NCBI GenBank assembly: GCA_951406725.2
Contig: OX597817.1
Coordinates: forward strand, 156,736,001-156,800,000
Source: Octopus vulgaris
Lineage: Eukaryota
Direction: 5' to 3'
Length of the DNA: 64,000 nt
Of the stretch, positions 24,301-38,386 are shown one piece after another. Each line of letters opens with the position of its first letter. Within the stretch, counting starts at the first letter, position 1. The notes under the pieces were generated by a model. The model was given only the letters and a program-made list of their open reading frames with translations, was not told where the DNA came from and did no database searches. The translations under genes were made by a program, and so were the position numbers.

Positions 24301-27300
24301 TAAGCTTTTTTTTTTCCCTCCAGTGTGCTAACAATTCTGCCAGCTCACAGCCTTAATGATAAATAACAACAATAATAATTCTTTCTACTATAGGCACATG
24401 GCCTGAAATTTTGAGGGAGGGATTTGGTTAATTACATTGACCCTTAGTACACAACTAGTATTTACTTTATCAACCCCAAAAAGATAAATCAAAAATAACA
24501 ATAACAATAATAATAATATTAATAATAATTTCTTTATTTTGCCAGAGGGGCTACAGATGTGGGACACTAGATAATAAACACACAGTAGGGAGGATGCAGA
24601 GTAAAAAAGGATGGGATTAGAAATATGTGTAGAAATTGGTGTTTTAGGTGCCAAAAGAGGGGCAGGTGCAAAGTCAAAAATGAAGACTTGCGTATCTCTT
24701 GTCTACAATTGCATATTCAGAGTGGCCCCTTCCAGCCTTGCTACTTTGTCCTGCCTGTCACTTGCAACCCTATATTGGGCTTTTGAAACAGCTTGCAGTC
24801 AGCCAGATTGTCAGATTGATTACCCTATTAATGGCTAGGTCTGAAACGATTGGCTCCATAAATAATAATTACATATCTGTAAGATGAAATGATAATTTTT
24901 GACCTTTTTTTTTTTTTTTTACGTGTATTCAAGGTCATATATTTATTTGCAAGGGATTGGAGAGGGCTGAATTCATGACCAATGTTTTATTTACACCAAA
25001 CCCACTTTCACCCCCACCCACCTCTCAAGTCAATGAAGGAGCAAATTTTACTCCATTTGAATCTGAACTCAAAACCTAGGATTACAGACCGACAACTAAA
25101 TACTGAAAGGCATTTAGTTTGCTGCTCGAACACAACCTGTTATACCGATATCTTAGTCAAACAGAAACACTTGAGGAAGGGAGAAACTTAAAAGAACTAG
25201 GGAGATACATACATACAAACAGTGTCCGGCATATTTCAATCTCTTTTACTCTTTTACTTGTTTCAGTCATATGACTGCGGCCATGCTGGAGCACCGCCTT
25301 TAGTCGAGCAAATCGACCCCGGGACTTATTCTTTGTAAGCCCAGTACTTACTCTATTGGTCTCTTTTGCCGAACCGCTAAGTGACGGGAACGTAAACACA
25401 CCAGCATCGGTTGTCAAGCAATGCTAGGGGGACAAACACAGACAAACAAACACACATACACACACATATATATAAATATATACATATATACGACAGGCTT
25501 CTTTCAGTCTGCCAAATCCACTCACAAGGCATTGGTCGGCCCTGGGCTATAGCAGAAGACACTTGACCAAGATGCCACGCAGTGGGACTGAACCCGGAAC
25601 CATGTGGTTGGTTAGCAAGCTACTTACCACACAGCCACTCCTGCGCCTAATCAAATGTCATCCTTAACATAAATTAACTGAAAATAATAATTAGATTTAA
25701 TTAGATTTATTTTAGATTAATTTATTGAAGTGAAAGAAAAATGGTAGGTAGAAACTTCAGGAATATTATTGGTTGTTGTTGTTGTTGTTGTTACTGTCAT
25801 GAAGAGAATTGTGAGGTGCAGGTTCAATTCTTGTCAGCAGACATAACTTTACAACTAAATCACACGCATATGCACATTTTGAGAAAGGCATGAGCATCGC
25901 ACAGTCTCGTTTCTTGCTTCTCTCTAAGCCTGAGTGAGGTTTTAAAAGCAAACTAATACACTCTCTCTTTCCCTGCGCCCCACCCCCCACCCCAGCACAG
26001 ACAAAAACAAACAACAAAACCTTGTTGCCTTGGATGGTCAATTTAGATATTTCTCTTCTTGTCTCAGATATGCCTCGTACTGACCAGCATGATGTCCAGC
26101 GAGAATTAATAACGGCTGCGAAGGATGAGGAGGAGAAGGAGGAGGAAGAGGAGGAGAACCTCAGCTCCTCCAGTTCCGAAGTAGCGCAAGTTGAAGATGT
26201 AGATTTTCTGCCAGGTAGCTGTGGAAACTGAACACAAGCATGAATTCTTTCCACGCATTCTTCTAGATGTGTGTGTGTGTCTGTCTGTTTGTCTGTGTGT
26301 ATGACTGCATTTCCACTAGACCATTTTCTTTTTTTTTTCTTTTTTTTTTTTTTTTAATGCCAACACCATCACTGCTGCCGTTGTCCCCTTTCCTGCCTTT
26401 TCTCTCTTTCCTAAAAAAAACTGACCGCTTCCACACATCTTTTTCCGCGCGTGCACAGCATCTGAAGACCACATGCAAAGAAAGAGAGAACGAAAGAAAA
26501 CGGAGGGAAGAAAGCAGTTTTGCCCTTGCACACAACTCACATCCAGACAAATACACACATATGCACACACACACACACATACATAAAAAAGAAAGCAGCA
26601 CCCCTGCACAAGTAAATACATTTATGTATGGCCACAACCTCATACACACAGTCAATTCATAGACACCATTGAATGCATATATATATGCACATGTACACAA
26701 AGACACATGTATAAGATATGCATGTATAAATTGATACTTTACATGTATTTATGTGTCTGAGTATGCATACATACATATATGTATAAATTGGTGCTTTTCT
26801 ACATAAATATATTACATGTTCATATACACTCACACATGCAGTGATAAGGTGCTTTACCAATTTTTTTCATACCTCTCTCTTACCTCTTGTTGTTGTCGTT
26901 GTTTTTTTTTACCTCATTATTTCACCTTTTTTTCACTCTTTTTTCATTCTTTTAGATATATTTTTTCCCTTTTTTTTAGAAACCACTATTACCGTTTCCT
27001 CGCTGCTACATGTGATAAAATGGTTTTAAACTTAGCCACATGTCCGTCATCATGCTTCACTGTTAATGCTTTTTCAATGTCACCGACTATATATATATAT
27101 ATATGTATACATATATATATATATATAATATATAAACAGAAAAAATTGTTTAAAAATTTCGATGTTTATTTTTCTCTTTCAGGAATTTTTTCTTTTGCTT
27201 TTGGCAGTATTTTGCATGTTTGTTTGTTTTTTCTACTTCTTCTACTTCTCGTTCATCATTTTCCACTTATCCTATAAATTCTATGTCATCTTCATGATTT

Positions 27301-27332
27301 GTGTCTATATATATGCTGTATATGTGTATGTG

Positions 27333-27374
<42 letters not shown>

Positions 27375-30300
27375 TTACATGTATGCAATTGTACATGTGT
27401 GTGTGTATGTATATACATGTATATACACATGCACACACACACTATATATACACATATGAGCTTTCAGCTTTTGGTTCAATGGTTTGCTTTCTTGCAGGCT
27501 GATATTAAATAATATAACATTATATTTAATGATATAACATGATATCCAGTGATATTAAAATGGCAACATTACTCGTTCTCATGCAATTAATTTTATTGGA
27601 TAATGTGTGTTTTAGTCCGCCTAATTTCGACCGTAAGTTGGTTCTGGATGAAACACGTTAGGGTGAAGATCTTTTAATATTAAATATTCTTTCTTGAAAT
27701 CATCTCTTCTTCTGTCACCCTTCCTCTCCTTTCCAGATTTGTTCATAGATTAAGGCATTTCACTCAATTCTAGAATACTCGTTACCACAACAACCAAAAA
27801 ATGATATGTGAAAGAATTTTGTTATTTTTTCCAAAAATAGAAAATTTTCTGATGGAAATAGCATGTTTGCTTTTGTTGTGGTTTTTATTCTCTTAAAAAT
27901 TAATGAAACATGACTTTCGGGGTTCAAATTCTACATCAGATTACTGTTACCATTTAAGTAGATTTATGGTGCAGAGCTAATTGATTGGACAAACCATTCT
28001 GATCAGATTTCTGGCTGTAACCATCTTGTCTTTATTATAAGGAATTTTGTTCCTTGAGATTTAGAGCTGAAAACCTATGTTAATATAAAACTAATAATGA
28101 TTTTATTGAGAAATATTTGACTTCTAGATTGCACAGACCAACTGGCCCCATGGAGATTCTCTCACAAGTTCTCCTTTTTTTCCTTTCTCTTGTTCTACAT
28201 ACATAGGTATTTTTCTCAGTTGACTTAGCAGTGAGAAAAGGTTCTGCCATAACTAAGTATGAATTGTGCAAGTATCTTTTAAAATTTAAGAGATTTATCC
28301 TGCATATCACAATTAACTTTGCTGCTTTCTCGGATCTACGGATCTACAATATCTGAGTTTCTTTACAAAGAAACTTTCAAAGAACCAATCCTATGCTCGC
28401 TGTAAGAGCTTTAAGAATGAAAGCAAAATGACAATCACTCATAAAACACTACAAAAGCAATTACTAAATTTTATAAAGTTTTAAGCTCTTATTTATTTGT
28501 TTTTGTTGCTAATGTTTTAATTTTAGCATTTAACTATTCTCTACTGATGTAGGTTGAATATTTCTGCAAAATCAAATATTTACAGCAATTGTATTAATAT
28601 GTTTTAAAGTTATGTAGCCTTTTCAATCATTAATCACATTAATCATTAAGTTAAGAGTGGTGGGTTGACTGATGCAAAGATGTTGTTCAGTGATTTCTCC
28701 CCACATCCACTTCCCTCATTTATCATTGATAAAGGATTCTTGGGCAACTTGAGTTGTATGCCTTGCCTAAGGAGACAATAAAATTCAAGCCATATTGGTG
28801 TTTAGTTGATACCTTAACCCCTTTCTTATTGTCTCCCTATGGTTTTACTTAAATAATAAGGGTGTATTTCTTCTATATTTCCTAATTTCTCATTGGTTTA
28901 AGTTCTTTTATAATTACAGAGTAATATTCCTTATATTTATCGAGTAGATATGTAACACACACATTAAGTTTCCATTCTATTATTTTTCACTTCATTTATA
29001 TATAAATTAAGAATTGCATTGATCCCTTCTATTAACAGTTATATACTAATTCTCCTTATTAATAAGTTTTATATCAGATCAACATAATAATGTTGTAGAT
29101 CTCTTATAATTTTACTAGATCAGCTTACTAATAACAATTCATTAGATGATAATACTAACCCATTATCATCATCCTTCTCTCTAGATATTTTGTGCACTTT
29201 CATCTGACATTTCTTTCTAACAATTCACTAAGCTACTTCTATGTTATGTTTCCTAATTGTTCTGCATTCTACTCCACTGTCAGTCGAATGGTGGCAGTCT
29301 ACTAACACACTAATATCACCCTGATTTCTATAGATGCCGAGATGCGTGACACCAGTGAAGAAAAAACAGAAGAAACGGATGTGGAAGAGCAGTTCTCTCC
29401 CCTTCCTAAAAGTTCTCCTGCTTCTAAAGGTGCTCTTGATCTTAGGTTAGAAGACAAGTTCTTTTCGTTCACCCAATCCCCTGTGGAGTCCCCAACTGCT
29501 GAAATAGCAAATGAAATATCTCCAGCTCAAGATCTTCTTGACGTCAAAGACATGCAAATAACTGTTGGCCTTTCACCATCAGAGATTAATGCTAAGTCCA
29601 AGCTGGGATCTCTTTCAGAATTCTATGAAACAAAAACAACTGAAGATTTCAAAACAATGTCCAAAATAATCGCCTCGAAAACCCCCAGAGTAGAATATGA
29701 GAAAGATAGTGGTGAATCCTTCAACATCCCTAGGATTTCAACTGATTCTGATACAACTGAGGAAAGACTAGAGCTTGATAATGTAACAGAACAATCTGCT
29801 ACATCATTAATGTCTGAAGAACACGATGGAACCGAAGATGACTATAAAAGAGAAACACCTGAAGAAAGAGCGGAACGTTTATCTTCCATGGCCTTTGATA
29901 ACATGGGTTTTGCTGGTGAAGATGTTGTCGACAGTGAAATAAAGACACACTCTGATGACTTCTCTGAAGAGAGTCCAAGTCTTGCTGCCAAAGAAATATC
30001 TCCAGAAGATCTTGAAGAGAAGTCACATCAATTTGACTTCCCAGCTGTCCATCAAGAAATATGGCAGATGGGTATCCAGGCACTGGGGAAAACCAAATTA
30101 TCAGAAGAGAATGAGATGTTTTCCAGCTCAATGAAATTTGAAGAAGTAACACACAAGGTCTCATTTGAAAAAGATGATGATGAGGAGAGTGGTGCTGCAA
30201 TGTATTCTGAGAGTGAAGAAACCTCCCGTTCAGAAAGTGGAGATACTAAAGATCAGAACTCTTTCCAAGAATCTATCCAAAGGTCTAAAACATCCGATGG

Positions 30301-33300
30301 CCAATTTGAAGCTACCTCAGAAATAAGAACAGAAAAAACCATTGTAACATCATCCAGAGCACAAGTCTCTTTATCAGAAAGTCAAAGTAAAATGATAACC
30401 GAGACCAAGGTCTATCAAGCAAAAGAACCCAGTGAAGGAATTGAACTTACCGGACATGACGCCACAGAGAAAACAGCTAGACATCTTACAACCACGGCTA
30501 GTGAGCCCATTATTTCTCATCCATTCGATCAGTCTACAGTGGAAACTATATCCCCAGAGGCCAGTAGTTCTGACAGTGAAGGTTTCTATGACAAAGAATC
30601 TGGCAAAAAGTTACCTTGGGAAACTGTCCATCATTTCTCCCGACAGTTCTCTGATAACTATCTTGAACAGCAAGAAAAACAAGGAATAGTTACTGTGCAG
30701 TCAGTTGACATGGGTGTATTTTACCGGAGAAGTAGCAAAGACTATTCAAACGTAACATTTAGTGAACAAGATATCTCTGAGTCTATTGCTGAAGAAGAGG
30801 AAGAACCCCCCAAACGGGTTACCTTCACGCTTTCAGAAGATTTGGAAGAGTTTCCATCAGAAGTAGCTACAGGTTCGGATGAGTCAAAACATGATGATGA
30901 AGTTGAACAAGAAATTAGGAAACCAGATGATATCTTTGATGAGTCTGTCAAAGATCAAATTGTAGTCAAGACAATAAAAAAACAACCTACTGCACTATCC
31001 AAAACAGAAGAACCTGTCGTCACAACATCCAAGACAGAAGAACCTGTCGTCACAACATCCAAGACAGAAGAACCTGTCGTCACAACATCCAGGACAGAAG
31101 AACCAGTTGTCACAACATCCAAAACAGAAGAACCTGTCGTCACAACATCCAAGACAGAAGAACCTGTCGTCACAACATCCAAGACAGAAGAACCTGTCGT
31201 CACAACATCCAAGACGGAAGAATCTATCATCACAACATCCAAAACAGAAGAACCCATTGTCACAACATCTAAAACAGAAAAGTCTGTCTTCTCAACATTC
31301 AAGACAGAAGAACATGTTACATCTTCTAAAGGCGAGGAACCTGTCATCACTACAGTGAAGACAGAACATATAACTACGACATACAAAACTGGAGAACCTG
31401 TCATCACAACTTCAAAGAAAGAAGAGTCTGTCGTCAAAACCTCTAAAACAGAAGAACCTGTCATCACAACATCAAGGACAGAAGACATTACTATAGCATC
31501 CGAGGCTGAAGAACCTGCCTTTGTAACTTCCAAGACAGAACATGTTACAACATCGACAACTGAAGAACCTGTCGTCACAACATCTAAAACTGAAGAATAT
31601 GTTACATCTACGACTGAAGAACCTGTCATCACAACATCTAAAACTGAAGAATATGTTACATCTACAACTGAAGAACCTGTTATCACAACATCTAAAACTG
31701 AAGAATATGTTACAACATCTACGACTGAAGAACCTGTCATTGTAACCTCCAAGACTGAAGAACGTATTATAACATCTACAACCAAAGAACCTGTTGTCAC
31801 AACATTCAAGTCAGAAGAACATGTTAAAACATCCAAAACTGAAGAATGTGTCATCACAACATCTAAGGCAGAGGAACCTGTCAGTACAACAACGACAGAA
31901 GAACATGTTACTACAAAATCTGAAAGTGAAGAACCTGTTGTCACAACAACCAGGACAGAACGCATCATCACAACATCTAAAATTGGAGAACCTGTCATCA
32001 CAACATCAAAAACAGAACATGTTACAACAACATCTAAAACTGGTGAACCTGATGTTACAACAACCAAAACAGAAGAATTTTTCACTACAACATCAGAACC
32101 TGGAGAACCTGTCATCACCACCTCCGAAACTGGTGAACCTGTCGTCACAACATCCAAGACAGAAGAACGTGTCATCACAACATCCAAGAGAGAAGAACCT
32201 GTCATCAGAACATCTAAGACTGAACATTTTACTGTGGATCCAAAAGACAAATTTGACATACCAACTGCCAAAACAGACCATGTTACCACGACAACTAAGT
32301 CAGCACATGTCACTGTAACTTCCACTGTAGAACATGTCATCAAAACATCCAAGAAAAAAGATGATATTGAAGAAGCTGAGGAAGAGTCTATAGTGGAAGC
32401 CAAGAAAGATATCCTTGAACCATATGATAGGATGTCTGGAGAATATGAAGCTACTGTTTTGGCTAATATAATGGATGACCATTCTTCTAAACAAGAAAAA
32501 GCACCTGAATCACCTGATGAATTATCTAGAGAAGACACTTTAAAAGAGAAAGATCTTGAGTATGAAATGGTCTCCAAGAGTGCTGGTGACTTAGCCAGTC
32601 CTAGTGAAAGTAAGTCTTCAGACCTTTCATTAGATCTTTCCTCAGAAAAACTTCCATCAAAAGATGATCTTGATGAAGAACACCAACTTCGACCAAAACC
32701 AGACAGTGAAGAAGTGTCACCAAAATCAGGAATAATCGGTGTTGTAAGCATTGAATCTCGGATGGCCCAAAAAGAATTATTACAGGAGTCAGCAGATGAG
32801 AAGGATCGCTCCCTTTCACCATCAGTTGATAGTGATGAGTTATCAACCACTTATGAAAGTCAGGCTGAACTACAGGAAGAACTCTGGTCTGAAATCCCCC
32901 CTGTTGATCGCTATCCTGCCCCTGCCAGAAGGAAGCATTATGCTGATGGTGAATCCTCAGAAGCAGAGAAAGAATCTCCTGAAATTGAACTTTCTCCTAT
33001 TGCTGAAGCACCAGCCTCTAAAACTGACTCCGAGGAGCAAGAAGAGAGTAAGATGACAGCGCAAGATAGAAGGGTAACATTTCTATCAGAAGAGAGTAAG
33101 GAGAAGCTGAGGCAATCTATTTCCAATGAAGATTTAGTTAAAACATCAACCTCTTCCTCTGAAGTATCCAACGAACCAACTTTATTAGCTGCTTCGTATG
33201 ATTTGGATTCAGGGCATGTTTCACATATTGTGACAGCTTATGACATGTCTCCAGACACCATTGAGAGTCAGGTGCCACATCCACCGGCACCTAAAGCTAT

Positions 33301-36300
33301 TCTTTCGAGTCCTGAAGATGACGTGTTTGAAGTTGAACCTACTGTGGGAACTACTCGCACCGACGAGCCTGGCACTGAGCCAGATTCTGAGAAGAGTTAT
33401 ACCGGGCCTCAGTCTGAGGTCATCATTATAGAAGACATTTGCGTCAGCAAAGACAAAACGGGGTCGGAGTCGACGGAATCTTTACCGCCAACTCCTGCAC
33501 CGACGCCCAAAGATGCAACCACCATCAAAGATACCGTTTGTAATCTTCAAGACGCAGCCAACAAGCTGCAGACCGAAGGTCTCTTTGATCGGCAGTTTGG
33601 ATCTGTAAGCAGTGAAACTTCTGAAAAACGTCCTTCGAGTTTTGAAAAGGACTTTTCAAAAGATGAAAGCAGTGATGATGATGATGATCATGGCCAATCA
33701 TTTGAAATGGTTTCACCAACTGAAATTATTGGCTATGATCAGTATGCTGCTAAATATTTACAAGGTGGTATAGCGGGATGCATTGAAACAGCAAGTTTGA
33801 CCGCTTCAGTGGAATCCCTCTCTACATCCGGAAGTAGTTTTGCTGACCTCAGAGCTAGTGAGCCCACAAGTATGAAGTCTAGTTTAGAAGAGTTTGCAAG
33901 TGCTACAGCTTTTGTCGAACCATCCGCACCTCCAATGGAAGAAGTATGTAAGATTCCCAGTTCTCACACCATGAAACCTGATACCGATTCCTCACCAGAT
34001 CAGTCACTTTTCAGCAGTAGCGATGCTTCAGAGAAAGGTGCAGCCACTATGGATATTGTTGCCTCCAGTGTTGCATCTCCGGGTGCATGCCGTCCTGATT
34101 TGTTACCCTCTGACTCTTTTCAAAAGAGTTTGTCTACAGAGGAGATCAGTGAAACTGAAAATATCGAAGACATTGCTGCCGACAGAATCTCCCAATTACC
34201 AAATGGTCCTACAGAGGTAGATTTTCAACCAGACATCGATTCTGTGTCATCTACTGTTAAAACTGTGGTGCCTGCAGCACCACCGGATTTGGTTCAGTCC
34301 TCACCATCATATGTTATGGAAGAAGAAAAATCACAGCAGGAAGATGTTGCCATGGAACTAGAAGACAATCAGATATCGGCTGGTTCTGATGCTGCTGTCA
34401 GAGATGTCATGACCGATAGCTTGATAGAAGATGTGAAGTTGTCGGCTGAGCAACAGGAAGTCTTGGTAACGTCAGATCAGACTTTATATGAACTTGAAAT
34501 GCCAATGGAGGAAGAAGCTTCCCCTATTGAACAAGTTGGTCCAACATCAGCTACTGTTTCCATAACTGAAACTACATCATCTGTGGTTGTTAAAACAGAA
34601 GCCCCTACAGTGGAATTTCATGAAGAACAACATCGTGAGATATATCCAGCTGAAATGGTAGAGTCTAGATCACCGACTGAAATCGTTGGACTGGAACCAG
34701 TGTTAGATGACCTTGAAGAACAGCCATATGAGTTGAAGAAAGATGAAATTTATCCTGGTAAAAGAGCACTTGAGTTTGATGTGTCTAGCTATGAAACTTT
34801 GTTAGAGGAAAGCAAAGAAAGACAGCAAGAAGGAGAGACCAGTGTGGTAGAGGTTAGCCACCTAATTAGAGAAGATCAGAGGATTAATCTGGATGATACT
34901 GATGAAGAAACAGTTCAGTTTTCAGATCAACTTAAATCCGATCATGATGTAAGTTTTGTTCACACTTCAGAAAAAGTGTGTACAGACATGGTAGAAGAAG
35001 AATTTAGTGATCTAAGTAAAGATGCTTCTTATGAGCAAGTAGAACTGGCTGAAAGTAGTCTAGAATTTGCTGAGAAAGCTGAAGAAGAACTTGAAGCGTT
35101 AGCAGGAAAAACCCCCGAAATATCATTTGAACCATCTAAAGGGGAACAAGATTTGGACAGACCCATATCCCCAACACCCCAGGATTCTCAAGAAGGTGTC
35201 CTCAGTGATGATTATGAGAAGGTTAGTGCTAGTATTAGCACAGAAGAACTTGAGAAAACAGCTACAGTGTTTGTAGACTCTGTTCTTGAAGAAGCCTCCA
35301 AAGTTCAGGAGAAAGCCCAGGTATTCCCTGAACAAACAGAAGCTGAAAAGCCAATCGATGAAACAACTTTTGATGATAGCAAAGAATCTGAAAAAATGGT
35401 TGCTTTCTCATTTTCAGAACAATTTGACCCATCAATGATGTGTCGGTCACAACCAGCCTTTTTCTCGGCACCACCTCCACCTTCCCATCCCCCTCCTTTC
35501 ACGAAACAGAGGGATGATGACATGCCCGAGATCACCATCACAGAACACCTACACAAGAGTATTGACAAAGATGACTTTGTTCCATCTGGCTTTGTTCCAT
35601 CACACATGCCAGACTCTTCCTCTGAGCAGGAAGACAAAGAATCTGATGAAAAAGAATCTGGAGATGATAGTCCAAAGGGTGAAGGAATGTCCTATTTTGA
35701 AATGATTCAGGATGAAATGGAATTTGAATCCGAAGAGACCGAAAAGAACGGAGTGTCATCTCATGAACCTAGTTCTTCGGCATTCGTTATTGCTGATGCT
35801 CATGCTGGTTCAGCAAAAACATTCACCAGTGAACAAGAACTTGAATGGAATGTGCAGAAATTTTCTGAAACTCCTGACAAAGTACCAACCACTTCTTCGT
35901 TTGAAGACTCCTTTTCTCTACAAACTAAAACTGAGCCAGTTCCTATCAGTTCTTCAAAACAATTCCAAAGGGATTCTGAAACTAAAGATTCTTCTAAGAA
36001 CGGTTTCCTTGGATTCGAGCCTTCGGTCATGCATGCCACTGACATTCTGAGCCCCGAAGATATTGCTGATACATCAAGTGTGGACAGCTTTACAACAGTC
36101 GTTGGCGTAGACCAAGAAGGGGACGAGTGTGATGATGACCGCTTGGCTGATGTTGCATCGATGACATCATCAATCCATTCCGACATTTATTCAATGCATA
36201 CTGAACCAGAAGAAGAAGAACCGTATGACTGGCCATTGTTGACAGAAGAGGACAAATCAGGGGAATCTTCTCCATGTAGCGATCGTTTTGAGATGATTGG

Positions 36301-38354
36301 GAAGACTGCTTTATCGGTGATATCTGAAAAGTCTGATGAAGATCGATTTGAAATGATAGAAAAAGATGAACTGGAAGCACTCTCTGACAGCCATTCTAGT
36401 AGCAAAACCTCACCGGAAATGATATCTGCCTCACCTGGTACTGTGGGTCACACCCACGGCTATCCAAACATACGTTACGCTGGCAGAAGTCGGGAAAAAG
36501 ATGATGGGTCAGCTGCTTCTTCTGTTTCTTCGTCCTTGTTAGAATTTGAACGGTTAGAAGGTGAAATAGGACAATTTGGCTCGCTTGGATCAAATGAAGC
36601 CCACAGCCTGCCTAGCTCTTTTGACAGTCGAAACTTCCATTGGCGAGCAGCTGATCGAGATGATGTGTCAGTTGCCTCTTCATTAGGAGAATTTGAACGT
36701 CTAGAGCGACAGATTGCACTCGGAGGTTCAATTGGCTCGTTTAGTTCAATAGACAAGTTGATGCCATCAGGACAAGGTAGTGCAACAAATGGATCGATGT
36801 CATCACTGGCTGAATTTGAAAACCTCGAAAAAGAGTGCACTGGGGGTGGATACTCCAGTTCGGGAGATGATCGCCACAGTTCATCAAGTGGCCATAGCAA
36901 ACGCAGTGCAAGTTCATCGCTTGCCGAATTTGAACGACTAGAACAAGAAATAGTCATATCTGAAGAACTTGCTGCCGAAGCCAAGAAAATAGCGTCAATA
37001 TTGGAATCAGGGGAGCTGCCTGAATATCCAGAAAGTGAAAGTTTAGGAAGTTCATATCAATCAAATGGTCACATGAGGGATGTACCTGAAATAATAGGTA
37101 ATTTTGATATTGAACAGGACTCCATAGACGGAGACGACATTGATAAGGATTCACTTAGCTCTGAAGAACCCAAGATGCAAGATGTTAGTCAAGTGGCTAA
37201 AGAAGAAGAAGACGATATAGACTCATTGGACGGAGATAGCAAAGATGAACTTACTTCTAGTGTCATCTTTGTCTCCAATGCAGAAATACAAGATTCCAGT
37301 GAAATGGGTCAATTCGACTTTGATCGAGATTCTCTGCAAGGAGATGATACAGCAATGCAATTTTCTGTAGAATCTCTGCAGTTAGACCAAGATGCTTCAT
37401 TTGATATGCACAGTTCTGTTGATTCGTTAGAAATAAAAGACAAATTTAGTCGAGACATGCAAAGCTCAGCTGATTCTCTAGAACTGAAAGAAAGAATGAG
37501 CAAAGAAATGGTAGACTCGACAGATTCTTTGGAATTCAAAGACACTGTGAAAGATACTGATAAATTTGAAACAGATTCACTGGTTGATCAAGATGACATC
37601 ATGCAAACGTCTTCTGATTCACTTGATGCTTTTCCTGCACTAACACACCAAAACATCATGGAAGCCTCTTTGGAGTCTGCTCGTTGGAGTCTAAGCAGCT
37701 CTTACTTTTCCCATTCCTCACAAGAAACATTACGATCTGAATCCCACAGTGACTCAAGCCATTCTAGAGATGTCATGCAAATGTCTGCAGAATCTGTAGA
37801 TTTTGATAAAGATAGAAGATTTGAAAGTTCCGATACCGAAATGGATTACAAGACGGTATCAAGTAAGACATTAACATCATCTGCTTTAGATCCCGAAATC
37901 CGCATGATCACAGGAATATCTCATCCCAACAATCCTTTCTTAGATAATGAAGGCAATGTTAGGACAGATCTGGGGTATCCGGGCCACTTTAGAAATAAAT
38001 ACGAATATTCAAAGTTTGATAAAGAAGGGAACTACCGTTGGAACACCGAGTTTGAAGAAACAACCAGAAACAACTCATACCTTAACTGGGGTCCTTATCA
38101 AGAGAAAAAGAAGGTTTACACCATGACGGAATGGGAAGCCATGCGCAACGCTAAAAAGAGAAGTGCTGATAATGAAGAACTTGGCGGGGACAGTGAACAA
38201 GTGTCTGTCATTCCTGACAATCACTTTGCCCAACTTAACAACAAAGAAGTCTCTTCTAACCTTCCTTCTGAGCACACAACTTCCCACCCTAGAACTTCTT
38301 CACCTCCTCCTTCTACCGTTTTACGGCCTTCTTCTCCTGTTTCCTCTACTACTG

Positions 38355-38386
<32 letters not shown>

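Noticed and set aside
26263-27502. Cys/Val/Tyr/Ile-rich ORFs here and at 40762-42461
   Set aside because: Translations of (gt)n, (at)n and poly-T microsatellites.
30955-32850. 631-aa antisense ORF (VVTTGSSVLD repeats)
   Set aside because: Mirror of the sense 30-bp coding repeat, which happens to lack stops on the minus strand; no independent splice or start evidence.
7174-38215. SxIP EB1-binding motifs (SDIP, SEIP, SVIP)
   Set aside because: They sit in acidic contexts, which disfavour EB binding, and are expected by chance in Ser/Pro-rich sequence.
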